In this document: positions 16,735-24,801 of the stretch, piece after piece
Layout: each line of letters begins with the position of its first letter
How positions within the stretch are numbered: position 1 is the first letter of the stretch
Origin: Candidatus Eiseniibacteriota bacterium
Lineage (GTDB): Bacteria > Eisenbacteria > RBG-16-71-46
Reading direction: 5' to 3'
Length of the DNA: 24,801 bases
NCBI GenBank assembly: GCA_031366795.1
Contig: JANLOX010000064.1
Location: 1-24,801, forward strand
Program-made: the position numbers and the translations under genes
The notes under the pieces: generated by a model
Database searches by the model: none
What the model saw: the letters and a program-made list of their open reading frames with translations, nothing else
What the model was told of the DNA's origin: nothing

Positions 16735-16760
16735 TGTGATACCCGGGCCCTTCATCCGTA
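16735..16760 (+). promoter_or_regulatory. Candidate ECF-sigma autoregulatory promoter
   Basis: TGTGAT (16735-16740)-N16-CGTA (16757-16760), the same geometry as SigW-type TGAAAC-N16-CGTA. Confidence 0.35.
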
Positions 16761-16777
16761 TCATGGGGGTCATGGCT

Positions 16778-17314
16778 ATGAACGAAGCGGTATCCGGGCG
16801 CTTGTGGGTGCTTAGCCCTGCGCGGGAAAACGACTGGGACGCGTTGTACGCGGAACAGTTGCCGCGTGTCTATAATTTCTTCCGCTACCGCGTCGGCGAC
16901 GGCGCGATCGCCGAGGACCTGACCTCGCTGACGTTCGAGAAGGCCTGGCTCGCCCGGCACCGCTACCGCCGCGACGTGGCGAAGTTCTGCACATGGTTGC
17001 TGACGATCGCACGGCACGTGGCGATCGATTACTACCGCTCGCGTAAGCCGTACGTCTCGCTCGATGAGGCCACGGACGTTGCGGGTGGGGAAACACCGGA
17101 TGAGCTGAGCGAGCAGCGCTCGGAGTTTGGGCGGTTGACCCGGTTGCTGGCCGCGTTGCCTGAGCGTGAGCGAGAATTGATCGCGCTCAAGTACGGCGCC
17201 GGGATGACGAACCGGGCGATCGCGAAAGCGACACGATTGACGGAATCGAACGTGGGCACTGTCCTGCATCGTGCGATCCAGGTCTTGCGTGCCCAGTGGA
17301 GTGAAGGAGCCTGA
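16778..17314 (+). CDS. ECF-family RNA polymerase sigma-70 factor
   Basis: Region 2: LYAEQLPRVYNFFRYRV...AEDLTSLTFEKAW...TWLLTIARH; region 4: LPERERELIALKY...IAK. Alternative starts at 16763 and 16772. Confidence 0.92.
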   Translation: MNEAVSGRLWVLSPARENDWDALYAEQLPRVYNFFRYRVGDGAIAEDLTSLTFEKAWLARHRYRRDVAKFCTWLLTIARHVAIDYYRSRKPYVSLDEATDVAGGETPDELSEQRSEFGRLTRLLAALPERERELIALKYGAGMTNRAIAKATRLTESNVGTVLHRAIQVLRAQWSEGA

Positions 17315-17316
17315 CG

Positions 17317-18300
17317 ATGGACGACCAGTTCTTGAAAGCCGCAAGCCTGCCCCCCGACCCCGGGTTCAGCCGCTCATTGAAGACGCGCCTCGGAGTGCTC
17401 GAGTCCGAGGCAACCGAGCGCCGGCCCGCGGCGTGGCGACAGGCGTTCGCCGGCGCCTTGGCGCTCGCCGCCTTCGCCGCGTTGTTCATGTTGCCGGCGG
17501 TGCGCGCGACGGCGCAGCAGATGCTCGACCTGTTCCGCGTGCACGACTTCGCCATGGTGACGATCGACGCTTCGCGTGTCGAGCAGCTTAAGAACAGCAA
17601 CTTCGACGTGAAGTCGCTGCTCGGCGGGAATATCGAGAAGTTGCAGGAGCCGGGGCCGCAGCAGTTCTTCACCTCGATCGACGCGGCGAGTGCCGTCGCG
17701 GGCTTCGCGGCACTCAGGCCCGCCGAGCTGCCGAGCCGGGTCGTGCTCGACACGGTGACGGTGCGCGGCGAATCACGCGAGCGGGTGAAGGTGAACACCG
17801 AGCCGCTGCGCCAGATGATGGACGCGCTGAACATTCATGACCTCACGATCCCTCCGGGACTCGATGGCCAGCAGATCTCGTTCACCATGCCGACGCTGAT
17901 GGTCCAGCAATACAAGAACACGCGCGGTGGGAAGGTCGCGTTCATCCAGGCGGCGAGCCCCGAGATCGGCCTGCCGCCCGGGGTCGACCTGGCGCGCTTC
18001 GGCGAGATCGGTTTGCGCGTGATGGGGTTGAGCGCGAGCGAGGCGAAGCGCATGGCCAACTCGATCGACTGGCGTTCCACGCTGCTCGTGCCCGTCTCCT
18101 CGAATGCGACGCGGTTCCAGCAGCTCACGGTCAATGGCGCGAAGGGGCTGTACCTCGAGACGCCGGAGGGCGAGACCCCCCATGGAATCAAGCACGGTCC
18201 CGGCGCGGTCGTGCTGTGGAGCCGCGACAACCGGATCTACGCCATCGCCGGAAATCTCGGTCATGAGGGTCTCGTGGCGATGGCCGAGTCGGTGCGCTAG
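17317..18300 (+). CDS. Putative anti-sigma factor (one TM, large extracytoplasmic domain)
   Basis: AAGGAG SD; directly follows the ECF sigma; short cytoplasmic N-terminus PPDPGFSRSLKTRL; TM AFAGALALAAFAALFMLP; then VRATAQQMLDLFRV. Confidence 0.75.
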   Translation: MDDQFLKAASLPPDPGFSRSLKTRLGVLESEATERRPAAWRQAFAGALALAAFAALFMLPAVRATAQQMLDLFRVHDFAMVTIDASRVEQLKNSNFDVKSLLGGNIEKLQEPGPQQFFTSIDAASAVAGFAALRPAELPSRVVLDTVTVRGESRERVKVNTEPLRQMMDALNIHDLTIPPGLDGQQISFTMPTLMVQQYKNTRGGKVAFIQAASPEIGLPPGVDLARFGEIGLRVMGLSASEAKRMANSIDWRSTLLVPVSSNATRFQQLTVNGAKGLYLETPEGETPHGIKHGPGAVVLWSRDNRIYAIAGNLGHEGLVAMAESVR

Positions 18301-18309
18301 CTTGGTCCT

Positions 18310-19227
18310 ATGACGCTGGCCGTTCTGGAGACCCACGGGCTGCGCAAGCGGTTCGACGACAAGCTTGCGGTCGCGGATCTCTCCCTGTCGGTTGAGCGGG
18401 GAGAGATCTTCGGCTTTCTTGGGCCGAACGGCGCGGGCAAGACGACATCGCTGAAGATGTTGCTCGGCCTCATTGCGCCCAGCGGCGGCAGTGGCAGCGT
18501 GCTCGGCGCGCCGCTCGGCAACCGCAATGCGCGTGCGAAGGTCGGTTTCCTGCCCGAACATTTCCGCTTCCAGGATTGGCTGACGGGGCGCGAATTGCTG
18601 CACTTCCACGGCCGGCTGTACGGCTTGAGCGGTGCCCACCTGCATGCGCGCGCCGAGGAGTTGCTTGGCAAGGTCGACCTGCTCGACGCCGCGCATCGCA
18701 AGCTGCGCGAATACAGCAAGGGTATGCTGCAGCGCGCCGGGCTCGCCGCCGCATTGCTGAACGAGCCGGAACTCGTATTCCTCGACGAGCCGACGTCTGG
18801 GCTCGACCCGATCGGGCGGCTGCTTGTGCGCGACCTGATTCGCGAACTGCGCGCGAAGGGGGTCGCCGTGTTCCTGAACTCGCACCTGCTCGGTGAAGTC
18901 GAGGCGACCTGCGATCGCGTGGTGTTCGTCAAGCAGGGGCGCGTCGTCGCGGAGCGGCGCTTGGCCGAGAAGGACGTGTGGCTCGAAGTCGAACTGCGCG
19001 GGGAGGGCCTCGAGGACGGAGCGCTTGGCGAACTCGCGATGCTGGGCACGGATGTGCGCCTCGAAAACGGCATCGTACGGCTCAGCGTCGCGCATGAGGG
19101 CGTGCTCCCCGAGATCGCGCGCCGCATGGTGGGGCGCGGCGTCCAGTTGCGTCACCTGTCGGCCGGGCGGCAATCACTCGAGCAGCAGTTTCTCGAGGTG
19201 ATGGGCGACGGACAGAGACCGGGGTAA
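18310..19227 (+). CDS. ABC-2 type exporter ATP-binding subunit
   Basis: GPNGAGKT, YSKGMLQR, VFLDEPTSGLDP, NSHLL; ends SLEQQFL. Confidence 0.94.
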   Translation: MTLAVLETHGLRKRFDDKLAVADLSLSVERGEIFGFLGPNGAGKTTSLKMLLGLIAPSGGSGSVLGAPLGNRNARAKVGFLPEHFRFQDWLTGRELLHFHGRLYGLSGAHLHARAEELLGKVDLLDAAHRKLREYSKGMLQRAGLAAALLNEPELVFLDEPTSGLDPIGRLLVRDLIRELRAKGVAVFLNSHLLGEVEATCDRVVFVKQGRVVAERRLAEKDVWLEVELRGEGLEDGALGELAMLGTDVRLENGIVRLSVAHEGVLPEIARRMVGRGVQLRHLSAGRQSLEQQFLEVMGDGQRPG

Positions 19228-19231
19228 CGCC

Positions 19232-20071
19232 ATGCGCACCCTCATCACCATGACGCACCTCACGCTGTTGGAAGCGCTGCGCAAGCGCATTCTGCTCGCC
19301 ACCGCGATCTGCGGCGGGGCGTTCCTGCTGCTGTACGCCATTGGCCTGCACTTCATCGCCCGGCACATGGCCGAGCAAGGCGGCGCGAAGGCGAACCTCG
19401 CGCAACAGGTCGGCCTGACGGTATTCACGCTCGCCGGCCTGTATGCCGTGAATTTCCTGACGCTGATGACTGCGGTGCTGTTGCCGATCGACACGCTGTC
19501 GGGCGACATCACGTCCGGCATCGCGCAGACCATTGCGACGAAGCCGATTCGCCGCAGCGACATCGTGCTCGGCAAGTGGCTGGCCTACACGCTCGTGGTG
19601 TTCGCCTACGTCGGAACACTCGCGGCGGGCGTATTGTTGATCGCGCGCTGGATCGGGCACTACACCCCGCCGGACATCCACATCGGCGTCCCGCTGATGA
19701 TGTTCGAGGGGATGCTGCTGGTGACGCTCTCGATCTGCGGCGGCACCCGCTTGAGCACGGTGACGAACGGCGTCGTGGCGTTCGGGTTGTACGGCATCGC
19801 GTTTCTCGGTGGCTGGGTCGAACAAATCGGCGGCTGGACCGGGAATGAGGCCGCGCAGAACGTCGGCACTATCGCGAGCCTGATCATGCCGACGGAGTCG
19901 ATGTGGCAGCTCGCGGCGCACCACATGCAGCCGGCCTACCTCGCGCAACTCCACGCGTCGCCGTTCTCATCGGCGATCACGCCGAGTCCGGCGATGGTGC
20001 TGTGGGCCGCGGGCTGGGGCGTGACGGCGCTCGTGGTGGCGCTGCGCAGCTTCCAGAAACGACCACTGTAG
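19232..20071 (+). CDS. ABC-2 type exporter permease
   Basis: About 6 TM segments; SGDITSG...TKPIRRSDIVLGKW motif; C-terminal FQKRPL. Confidence 0.9.
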   Translation: MRTLITMTHLTLLEALRKRILLATAICGGAFLLLYAIGLHFIARHMAEQGGAKANLAQQVGLTVFTLAGLYAVNFLTLMTAVLLPIDTLSGDITSGIAQTIATKPIRRSDIVLGKWLAYTLVVFAYVGTLAAGVLLIARWIGHYTPPDIHIGVPLMMFEGMLLVTLSICGGTRLSTVTNGVVAFGLYGIAFLGGWVEQIGGWTGNEAAQNVGTIASLIMPTESMWQLAAHHMQPAYLAQLHASPFSSAITPSPAMVLWAAGWGVTALVVALRSFQKRPL

Positions 20072-20077
20072 GACTCC

Positions 20078-20110
20078 GCTCCCGGCTACGCTCCGCGTTC
20101 CGCCGGGAGC
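20078..20110. terminator. GC-rich hairpin downstream of the permease stop (possible terminator, no U-tract)
   Basis: Perfect 9-bp inverted repeat GCTCCCGGC (20078-20086) / GCCGGGAGC (20102-20110) with a 15-nt loop, starting 7 nt after the TAG. Confidence 0.35.
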
Positions 20111-20431
20111 ATCAGCCGGAATGTGCAGCCGTGCCCGAGCTGGCACTCGACCGTGAGGCGGCCGCCCATGCGTTCGGCGAGTGTGCGCGCGAAGGCCAGA
20201 CCCATGCCGAGCCCGCCGTCGACGCAGCCGTCGACGCGTAATTCCAATGTGAGCGCCACGTGGCGTGAACTTCACGGCGTTGTCGATCAACTCGTTGACG
20301 ATGACCTGCAGGCGCTAGCGGTCGAAGCGCGCCCGCGGCACCTGGGGCGCGCGGCGGGAGCGCAGTTCGCGCACGCCTTTGGTGACACCGGGCAGCCGCT
20401 CGTTGATACACGCCTCGAGTAGTGACTGCAT
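20086..20431 (-). pseudogene. Sensor histidine kinase HATPase_c remnant
   Basis: Minus strand reads RFDR*RLQVIVNELIDNAVKFTPRG (N box; TAG at 20317-20315), then shifts frame into DGGLGMGLAFARTLAERMGGRLTVECQLGHGCTFRLMLP (G2 box). G1 and F boxes are missing. Confidence 0.85.
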
Positions 20432-20704
20432 GCGCGGCTCGCCCGCACCGAAGGAGCCACCGGCATTCTGGGCACGGTCGCACGCATGGCAATACCCCGA
20501 GAAGACTCGTCATGAGCGCGAGCCCCCTCGCCCGGCGCAGTCGAGCACCCCCGTCGCGGGTGGGGAGGAGATCCATCACCGTGGCTATCGGCACGGGCGG
20601 TTGGGTGCTGAATCCCAATGCAATGGCCAACGCGCAGGGCCAAAGCGGGCCAGGTGGAGGGCTCGCCGAAAATGGCGAGTGGGGCCGCCCACGTGAGGCG
20701 CCGC

Positions 20705-20733
20705 TTAACGCACGCGAATGGCTGGGCTAGTGT
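20705..20733 (+). promoter_or_regulatory. Weak candidate sigma70 promoter for the alpha/beta hydrolase
   Basis: TTAACG (20705-20710)-N17-TAGTGT (20728-20733). Confidence 0.25.
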
Positions 20734-20768
20734 GCGCACGCCCGTCTTCCGAATGGGGGATCGCTTCC

Positions 20769-21623
20769 ATGCGCCGGTTGCTTCGAGTCGTCCTAACCAC
20801 CGTACTGCTGCTCGCCGGCCTGGCGGCCGTGACGCGTCAGGTGTTGTACGTGAAGACGCAGCATGCCGGCTTCGATTGCCAACCGCCGGGGAGGACACGG
20901 CCCAGCGACCTGGGGCTGCGCTTCGATTCCCTGAAGATCGCCTCGGGCGCACGCGCGCTCGACGCGTGGTGGGTCCCCGCCGAGGCGCCGGATTCGGGCG
21001 CGGTGGCCCTGTTCCACGGCAATGCGGAAAACACCTCCGACTGGCTGGCGGCCGCGCGCCTGCTCCACGGCCATCACCTCTCGGTGTTGCTGTTCGACTA
21101 CTCGGGCTACGGACGCAGCACGGGGTCACCCTCGATCAACTTCGTCATTGAGGACGGCGTGAACGCCTTGCGCGAATTCGCGCGTCGCGCCCCGCGAGGT
21201 TTGCCGCGCACGGGCGTCGGTCTGTCGCTAGGCGCCGCGGTGTTGATGGAAGCGAACGCGCGCTACCCGGGCGCCCTCGATCGCGTGGTGCTAATGGAGC
21301 CGTTTTCATCGGGACGCGCCGTGGCGGTCCATCTCAAGCTGCTGCCGGGCTGGCTGGCGTCCTGGATGCCGGACGCGCTGGACAACGTGCGGCTGGCGCG
21401 CTCGATGACGGTGCCGCTGCTGGTGGTGCACAGCCGCGCTGACGCCAAGTTTCCCGTTTCGTTCGCGGAGGAAATCCAGTGGGCCGCGCGCGCGCCGTCG
21501 CGGCTCGTGGTGCTCGACGGATTCGAGCATGCCGCGGCGCGTAAGCACCCGAGCGAAGCGTATTGGGGGAGCATCGTCGCGTTCGCAACGGCGCCCAAGG
21601 CGCCGCCACGATTCACGCACTAG
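20769..21623 (+). CDS. Membrane-anchored or secreted alpha/beta hydrolase (Bem46/ABHD13-like)
   Basis: N-terminal hydrophobic anchor; FHGNAEN, FDYSGYGRS.G.PS, GLSLG nucleophile, PLLVVHSRAD, His in FEH. Confidence 0.88.
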   Translation: MRRLLRVVLTTVLLLAGLAAVTRQVLYVKTQHAGFDCQPPGRTRPSDLGLRFDSLKIASGARALDAWWVPAEAPDSGAVALFHGNAENTSDWLAAARLLHGHHLSVLLFDYSGYGRSTGSPSINFVIEDGVNALREFARRAPRGLPRTGVGLSLGAAVLMEANARYPGALDRVVLMEPFSSGRAVAVHLKLLPGWLASWMPDALDNVRLARSMTVPLLVVHSRADAKFPVSFAEEIQWAARAPSRLVVLDGFEHAAARKHPSEAYWGSIVAFATAPKAPPRFTH

Positions 21624-21666
21624 CCGCGACGAGCCGACGCGGCCATCGGGGCTGATTAGCTGTCAG

Positions 21667-23646
21667 CTACCGGGCGCTGTTCTCACCCGTCACGAGATCC
21701 GGGCTGGGCTTGGATTGCAGCAATCCGACGGGCAAATCGCCGAGCGTTGGACTCACTGAAGCCAGCCCCACGTTCACCACGCCACCGCGAGCCGATGCGG
21801 CCGTAAGTTCATGCAGTTGCGCAGGAGCGAGCCAGCGCGACGACGTCGCGTCGTAGGCGTCGAATTCGAACAGTACTGGAGCCATCGGGGGTGTGGCCAC
21901 GCCACCGAAATTGCCCAGCAGCGTGCCGATGCCGGTGCCGGCGAGTCGCGCGAGCTCCGACCGCCAGCCCTCCACGGCACGACGCGCAAGCTTTTCGATG
22001 CGGCGCGGAGCGTCCGGGTCCTTGCCCGCCGCGACCGGCACGCTCACCACGGTCAGGTCATAGTTGCCGGCGATGCGGGAGAAGTCCTGCGCGTGTAGCG
22101 GATCGGTTCCCGTGAGCTGCACGGCGTCCGCATCGACGACACGCGCGAACGAGCAGTCCGGCCGCCAGGTCCGCACGGCGTCGCGGCAGCGGCTCAAGAG
22201 GTCCTCGATCGCCACGGCCTTGTCGTGCGCCTTCGCGGAGCCCGCCAGCGCCAGGCGCTCATTTTGCGCCATCGCGGCATCGTCATCGAACACCATGCCG
22301 TCGAGCGGCGCATAGACAGCGAGGTCGCTGACGAAATCGATTGCGGCGCGCCGCGACTCGGGCAGGTCGGGGGAGAGTCGGTTCGGCCAGCGTGTCGCGA
22401 GACCGCCCGGCTCGCTGACCGTCGTGCGGCGCGCGCCCCGTGACGGATCGGCGATGCGCCACTCCGGATGCTGCTGCCATGCCCAGCTCAGGTTCATCGT
22501 CGGCACCCGCGCCCACACCTTGATACGTGCCTGCGAGAGCCGGGACGCAATCATCGACCAGATGTCGGCGCGCACGCGCACCTGGTGGGTCATGCACCAC
22601 GCGACGGCAAACTCGCCGGTGGTGCCTGAGTCCGAACACACGGACAGGAATACCGTGTTCGCGCCCAACGCGTGGACGCGCGCCACGAGTTGGTTGACGC
22701 GATCGTCGAACACGCGCGGGTCGCGCGAATAGACGTCGTCGAGATCGACACTGGCGGCGCGCATCGGCGGATCCACGGGGTTGAGCCACGCGGCGTCCCC
22801 ACGATCGAAGTGATACTTGCGGTCAACCATGATGCGCGGCAGGCAACCCAGCCGCAGGTCCTGGGCGCCGACCTCGCCGCCGAGCGACAGCGTGGTCGTG
22901 AAGCCTGCCGCCGCAGCGATCCCGCGCGCCATCTCGTTTTGTGCCCCATAAGGCCACACGAGCACGTTGGGGCTGCGGTGCAGCCTCGCGCTGAACACCC
23001 TGCGGGCCGTGTCGAGGTCCGCGCTGACACGCGCGCGGTACTCCTCGCGGTTCTCGTAACGAGCCTGCGCCAGGATGTAGCGCCGCGTGGCGATCGAGGG
23101 GGCCGTGTCGCGGTAAGGATTGCTGGTCTCGTAGCGGTGCAGCGCGTGCGCGTGCGACGCCAGCGTCACGAGCGGGTCCGCGGCGACCTGCTGGAGCTCG
23201 TTCCAGTTCATCAAGGGGGCCATGTCTGGCGGCGCCTGGTCGACGAAGCCCGTGATCACCGCGAGTGTCGCCGGCACATGTTCCTCGCGCAGGATCGGCA
23301 GGGCGGCTTTGCGAAAACTCGCGTAACCGTCGTCGAACGTCATCACGATTGCGCGCGGCGGGAGCGCTTCGGGATGCTCACGGTGCGCGATCACATCGTT
23401 GAGCGAAATGAACGTCCAGCCGGCCTTGCGGCAGTCGCGGATCTGCGCGCGCAGGAACTCGGGCGAGACGGTCAGCAGCGGAGCGTTCGGCGCCGCCGAG
23501 ATGTCGTGATAGCAGAGGATCGCGAGGCGGCGATCGCCGTGCGCGCTGCGCGTCGCGGAGGCGTCACGCGATGACGTCGCGCACGCGGAGGTCGCGAGTA
23601 GACCGGCGCACAGCAGCAGAATCCAGGCGCGCAATTCCCGCCGCAT
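21667..23646 (-). CDS. pgaB: PgaB-like lipoprotein: polysaccharide N-deacetylase (CE4) plus GH153-like C-terminal domain
   Basis: TGATG coupling with the upstream gene; lipobox-like TSAC; ILCYHD, TFDDGY, SHAHALH, WPYG; C-terminal VDLDDVYSRDP, RADIW, RLSP, DGMVFDDDA, AQDF. Confidence 0.85.
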   Translation of the reverse strand: MRRELRAWILLLCAGLLATSACATSSRDASATRSAHGDRRLAILCYHDISAAPNAPLLTVSPEFLRAQIRDCRKAGWTFISLNDVIAHREHPEALPPRAIVMTFDDGYASFRKAALPILREEHVPATLAVITGFVDQAPPDMAPLMNWNELQQVAADPLVTLASHAHALHRYETSNPYRDTAPSIATRRYILAQARYENREEYRARVSADLDTARRVFSARLHRSPNVLVWPYGAQNEMARGIAAAAGFTTTLSLGGEVGAQDLRLGCLPRIMVDRKYHFDRGDAAWLNPVDPPMRAASVDLDDVYSRDPRVFDDRVNQLVARVHALGANTVFLSVCSDSGTTGEFAVAWCMTHQVRVRADIWSMIASRLSQARIKVWARVPTMNLSWAWQQHPEWRIADPSRGARRTTVSEPGGLATRWPNRLSPDLPESRRAAIDFVSDLAVYAPLDGMVFDDDAAMAQNERLALAGSAKAHDKAVAIEDLLSRCRDAVRTWRPDCSFARVVDADAVQLTGTDPLHAQDFSRIAGNYDLTVVSVPVAAGKDPDAPRRIEKLARRAVEGWRSELARLAGTGIGTLLGNFGGVATPPMAPVLFEFDAYDATSSRWLAPAQLHELTAASARGGVVNVGLASVSPTLGDLPVGLLQSKPSPDLVTGENSAR

Positions 23647-24801
23647 CAGAACCCTCGCGTGATCGAGACGTCCCATTGCCGGCGTTCGTAGCCGCTGGCC
23701 GATTGGAGGTTCGAATTGCTGCGTCCGCCCTCGAGCGCAAATGTGGCGAAGCGCTCGACCACCCATTCGATGCGCGCCGAGGCGTTCACGGCGGGATTGG
23801 TTTGGGCATTGCGCTCGCGCTGCCAGCCAGTCCACAACTCCCCGCTGACCGTGACGTTCGGGCGTGGGGTCCATTCGGCGTCCGTGCCGGGTCCCCATTC
23901 GAGGTACTGGGCGGGATCGTAGTAGCCGTGGTCGAGGTCGAGTCGCGTGCGCAGTTGCTGCACTCGCCCCTCGAGCGCCCAGCGCCACTGGCGGTCGGCA
24001 TGGATTTCTCGCCGCGCCGAGACGGCTTCGGACTGGGCGCGGTTCTCGTCGCTGAAGAATCGCTGGCGCGCATCGGCGTGGAGCAGCCACTTGGGCGTCG
24101 GCCGCACATCAACGCCCGCGACCCACGTCTGGGCGCTGATCCCCAACTCGAGCGAGCGCCGCGTCATGATGGCATCGCGCGACATGCCGGTATCGATGCG
24201 CAGGCGGTCTTCGGGACGCCACGTCATTGCAAGCTCGCCATGTCCCACGTTCGGGGCATCGGACCCGAACTGGAACACGCTGACATTGGCGTGCGTGACC
24301 CACTGCGCCGACCAGATCGTCTCGAGCCCCGCGCGCCACTGCAGCGGATCCTGCGTTCCCTTAGGGTCGCTCACGTTGTTGCGTTGCCAGCCGAGCGTGG
24401 CAGTGTTCCTTAAGCCCAGCGGCAGCTCGAGGTCCATGTTCGTGGTGCCGACGCGCAGGCCGTCAGTGTCGTCGGCGCGGCCAAGCCCAAGCGTCAGGTT
24501 CGCGCTCGACTCGCGGCGAATGCGCTGTTCGAGCTCGTGGCCTTCGCGGTCGTCTGGTCGCTTCGCGCGATACAGCGTGAGCGCCTTGAGCCCGAGTTCC
24601 GGATCGCCGCTCCAGTAGTGCGCGAAGGCGAGCGTCTTGAGCACTTCGGGATCGGCGTCCGGACTCGATGCAAGCGGTTGCAGGGTGGTAATCGCGTGGC
24701 GGTTCAGGCCCGCCGCATTCTGTGCCTTCGCCAATCCCAGTCGCGCGTCACGGTTCGTGGAGTCGCGCGCGAGCACCGCGGCATAGGCGCGGCACGCTTC
24801 G
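23646..24801 (-). CDS. PgaA-like TPR + outer-membrane beta-barrel export protein (5' truncated by window edge)
   Basis: TPR helices (DARLGLAKAQNAAG, LAFAHYWSG); alternating beta-strands; GYYDP loop; C-terminal beta-signal WDVSITRGF; translationally coupled to pgaB. Confidence 0.72.
   Translation of the reverse strand, partial: EACRAYAAVLARDSTNRDARLGLAKAQNAAGLNRHAITTLQPLASSPDADPEVLKTLAFAHYWSGDPELGLKALTLYRAKRPDDREGHELEQRIRRESSANLTLGLGRADDTDGLRVGTTNMDLELPLGLRNTATLGWQRNNVSDPKGTQDPLQWRAGLETIWSAQWVTHANVSVFQFGSDAPNVGHGELAMTWRPEDRLRIDTGMSRDAIMTRRSLELGISAQTWVAGVDVRPTPKWLLHADARQRFFSDENRAQSEAVSARREIHADRQWRWALEGRVQQLRTRLDLDHGYYDPAQYLEWGPGTDAEWTPRPNVTVSGELWTGWQRERNAQTNPAVNASARIEWVVERFATFALEGGRSNSNLQSASGYERRQWDVSITRGF

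Noticed and set aside
16604..17344. Apparent long N-terminal extensions making ada-alkA (to 17344) and the ECF sigma (from 16079) overlap
   Set aside because: Domain similarity begins at 16603 and about 16778; the extensions are antisense read-through in stop-poor DNA.
5106..20317. Genome-wide TAG recoding (alternative code or pyrrolysine), suggested by two in-frame TAGs
   Set aside because: TAG ends many genes here at plausible C-termini (SNF2, ABC-F, ogt, anti-sigma, permease), the kinase remnant has other lesions, and no pyl genes are visible.
23647..24090. 148-aa N-terminal extension of PgaB in the ORF track
   Set aside because: The signal peptide and lipobox begin at ATG 23646, coupled to the upstream TGA; the extension overlaps the porin gene.
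275..24618. Numerous long antisense or alternative-frame ORFs (e.g. 275-1123, 1936-2997, 17773-19173, 22672-23574)
   Set aside because: They are shadows of genuine high-GC genes: Arg/Ala/Pro-rich or motif-free, and fully overlapping well-supported CDSs.

Overview
GC-rich bacterial DNA (roughly two-thirds G+C by eye), densely coding. I see no rRNA, tRNA, CRISPR array or transposase. Left to right: 3' end of a SNF2 helicase; ABC-F ATPase; secreted repeat protein (3 x 74-aa beta-repeats, 3 x Calx-beta, C-terminal T9SS-CTD/FlgD-Ig-like tail); O-methyltransferase; TPR gene with an amber codon at position 8; small, apparently chimeric secreted ORF; AhpD/CMD-like CxxC gene plus mycofactocin-coupled-type SDR; 14-repeat beta-propeller with the same type of C-terminal tail; an operon of ABC-2 exporter, thioredoxin, internally deleted PaaI thioesterase, esterase and LEA2-type lipoprotein; GlsB/YeaQ membrane protein; ada-alkA + ogt, divergent from an ECF sigma / anti-sigma / ABC exporter operon; decayed histidine kinase remnant; alpha/beta hydrolase; and the end of a pgaA-like/pgaB exopolysaccharide operon. 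High GC plus T9SS-like tails suggests an FCB-related lineage such as Ca. Eisenbacteria (inference, unverified). Best leads: the SDR-AhpD redox pair, a PgaB with a diverged glycoside hydrolase domain ending its operon, the exporter-thioredoxin operon, and four damaged genes. All family calls are from motif recognition; no database search was run.
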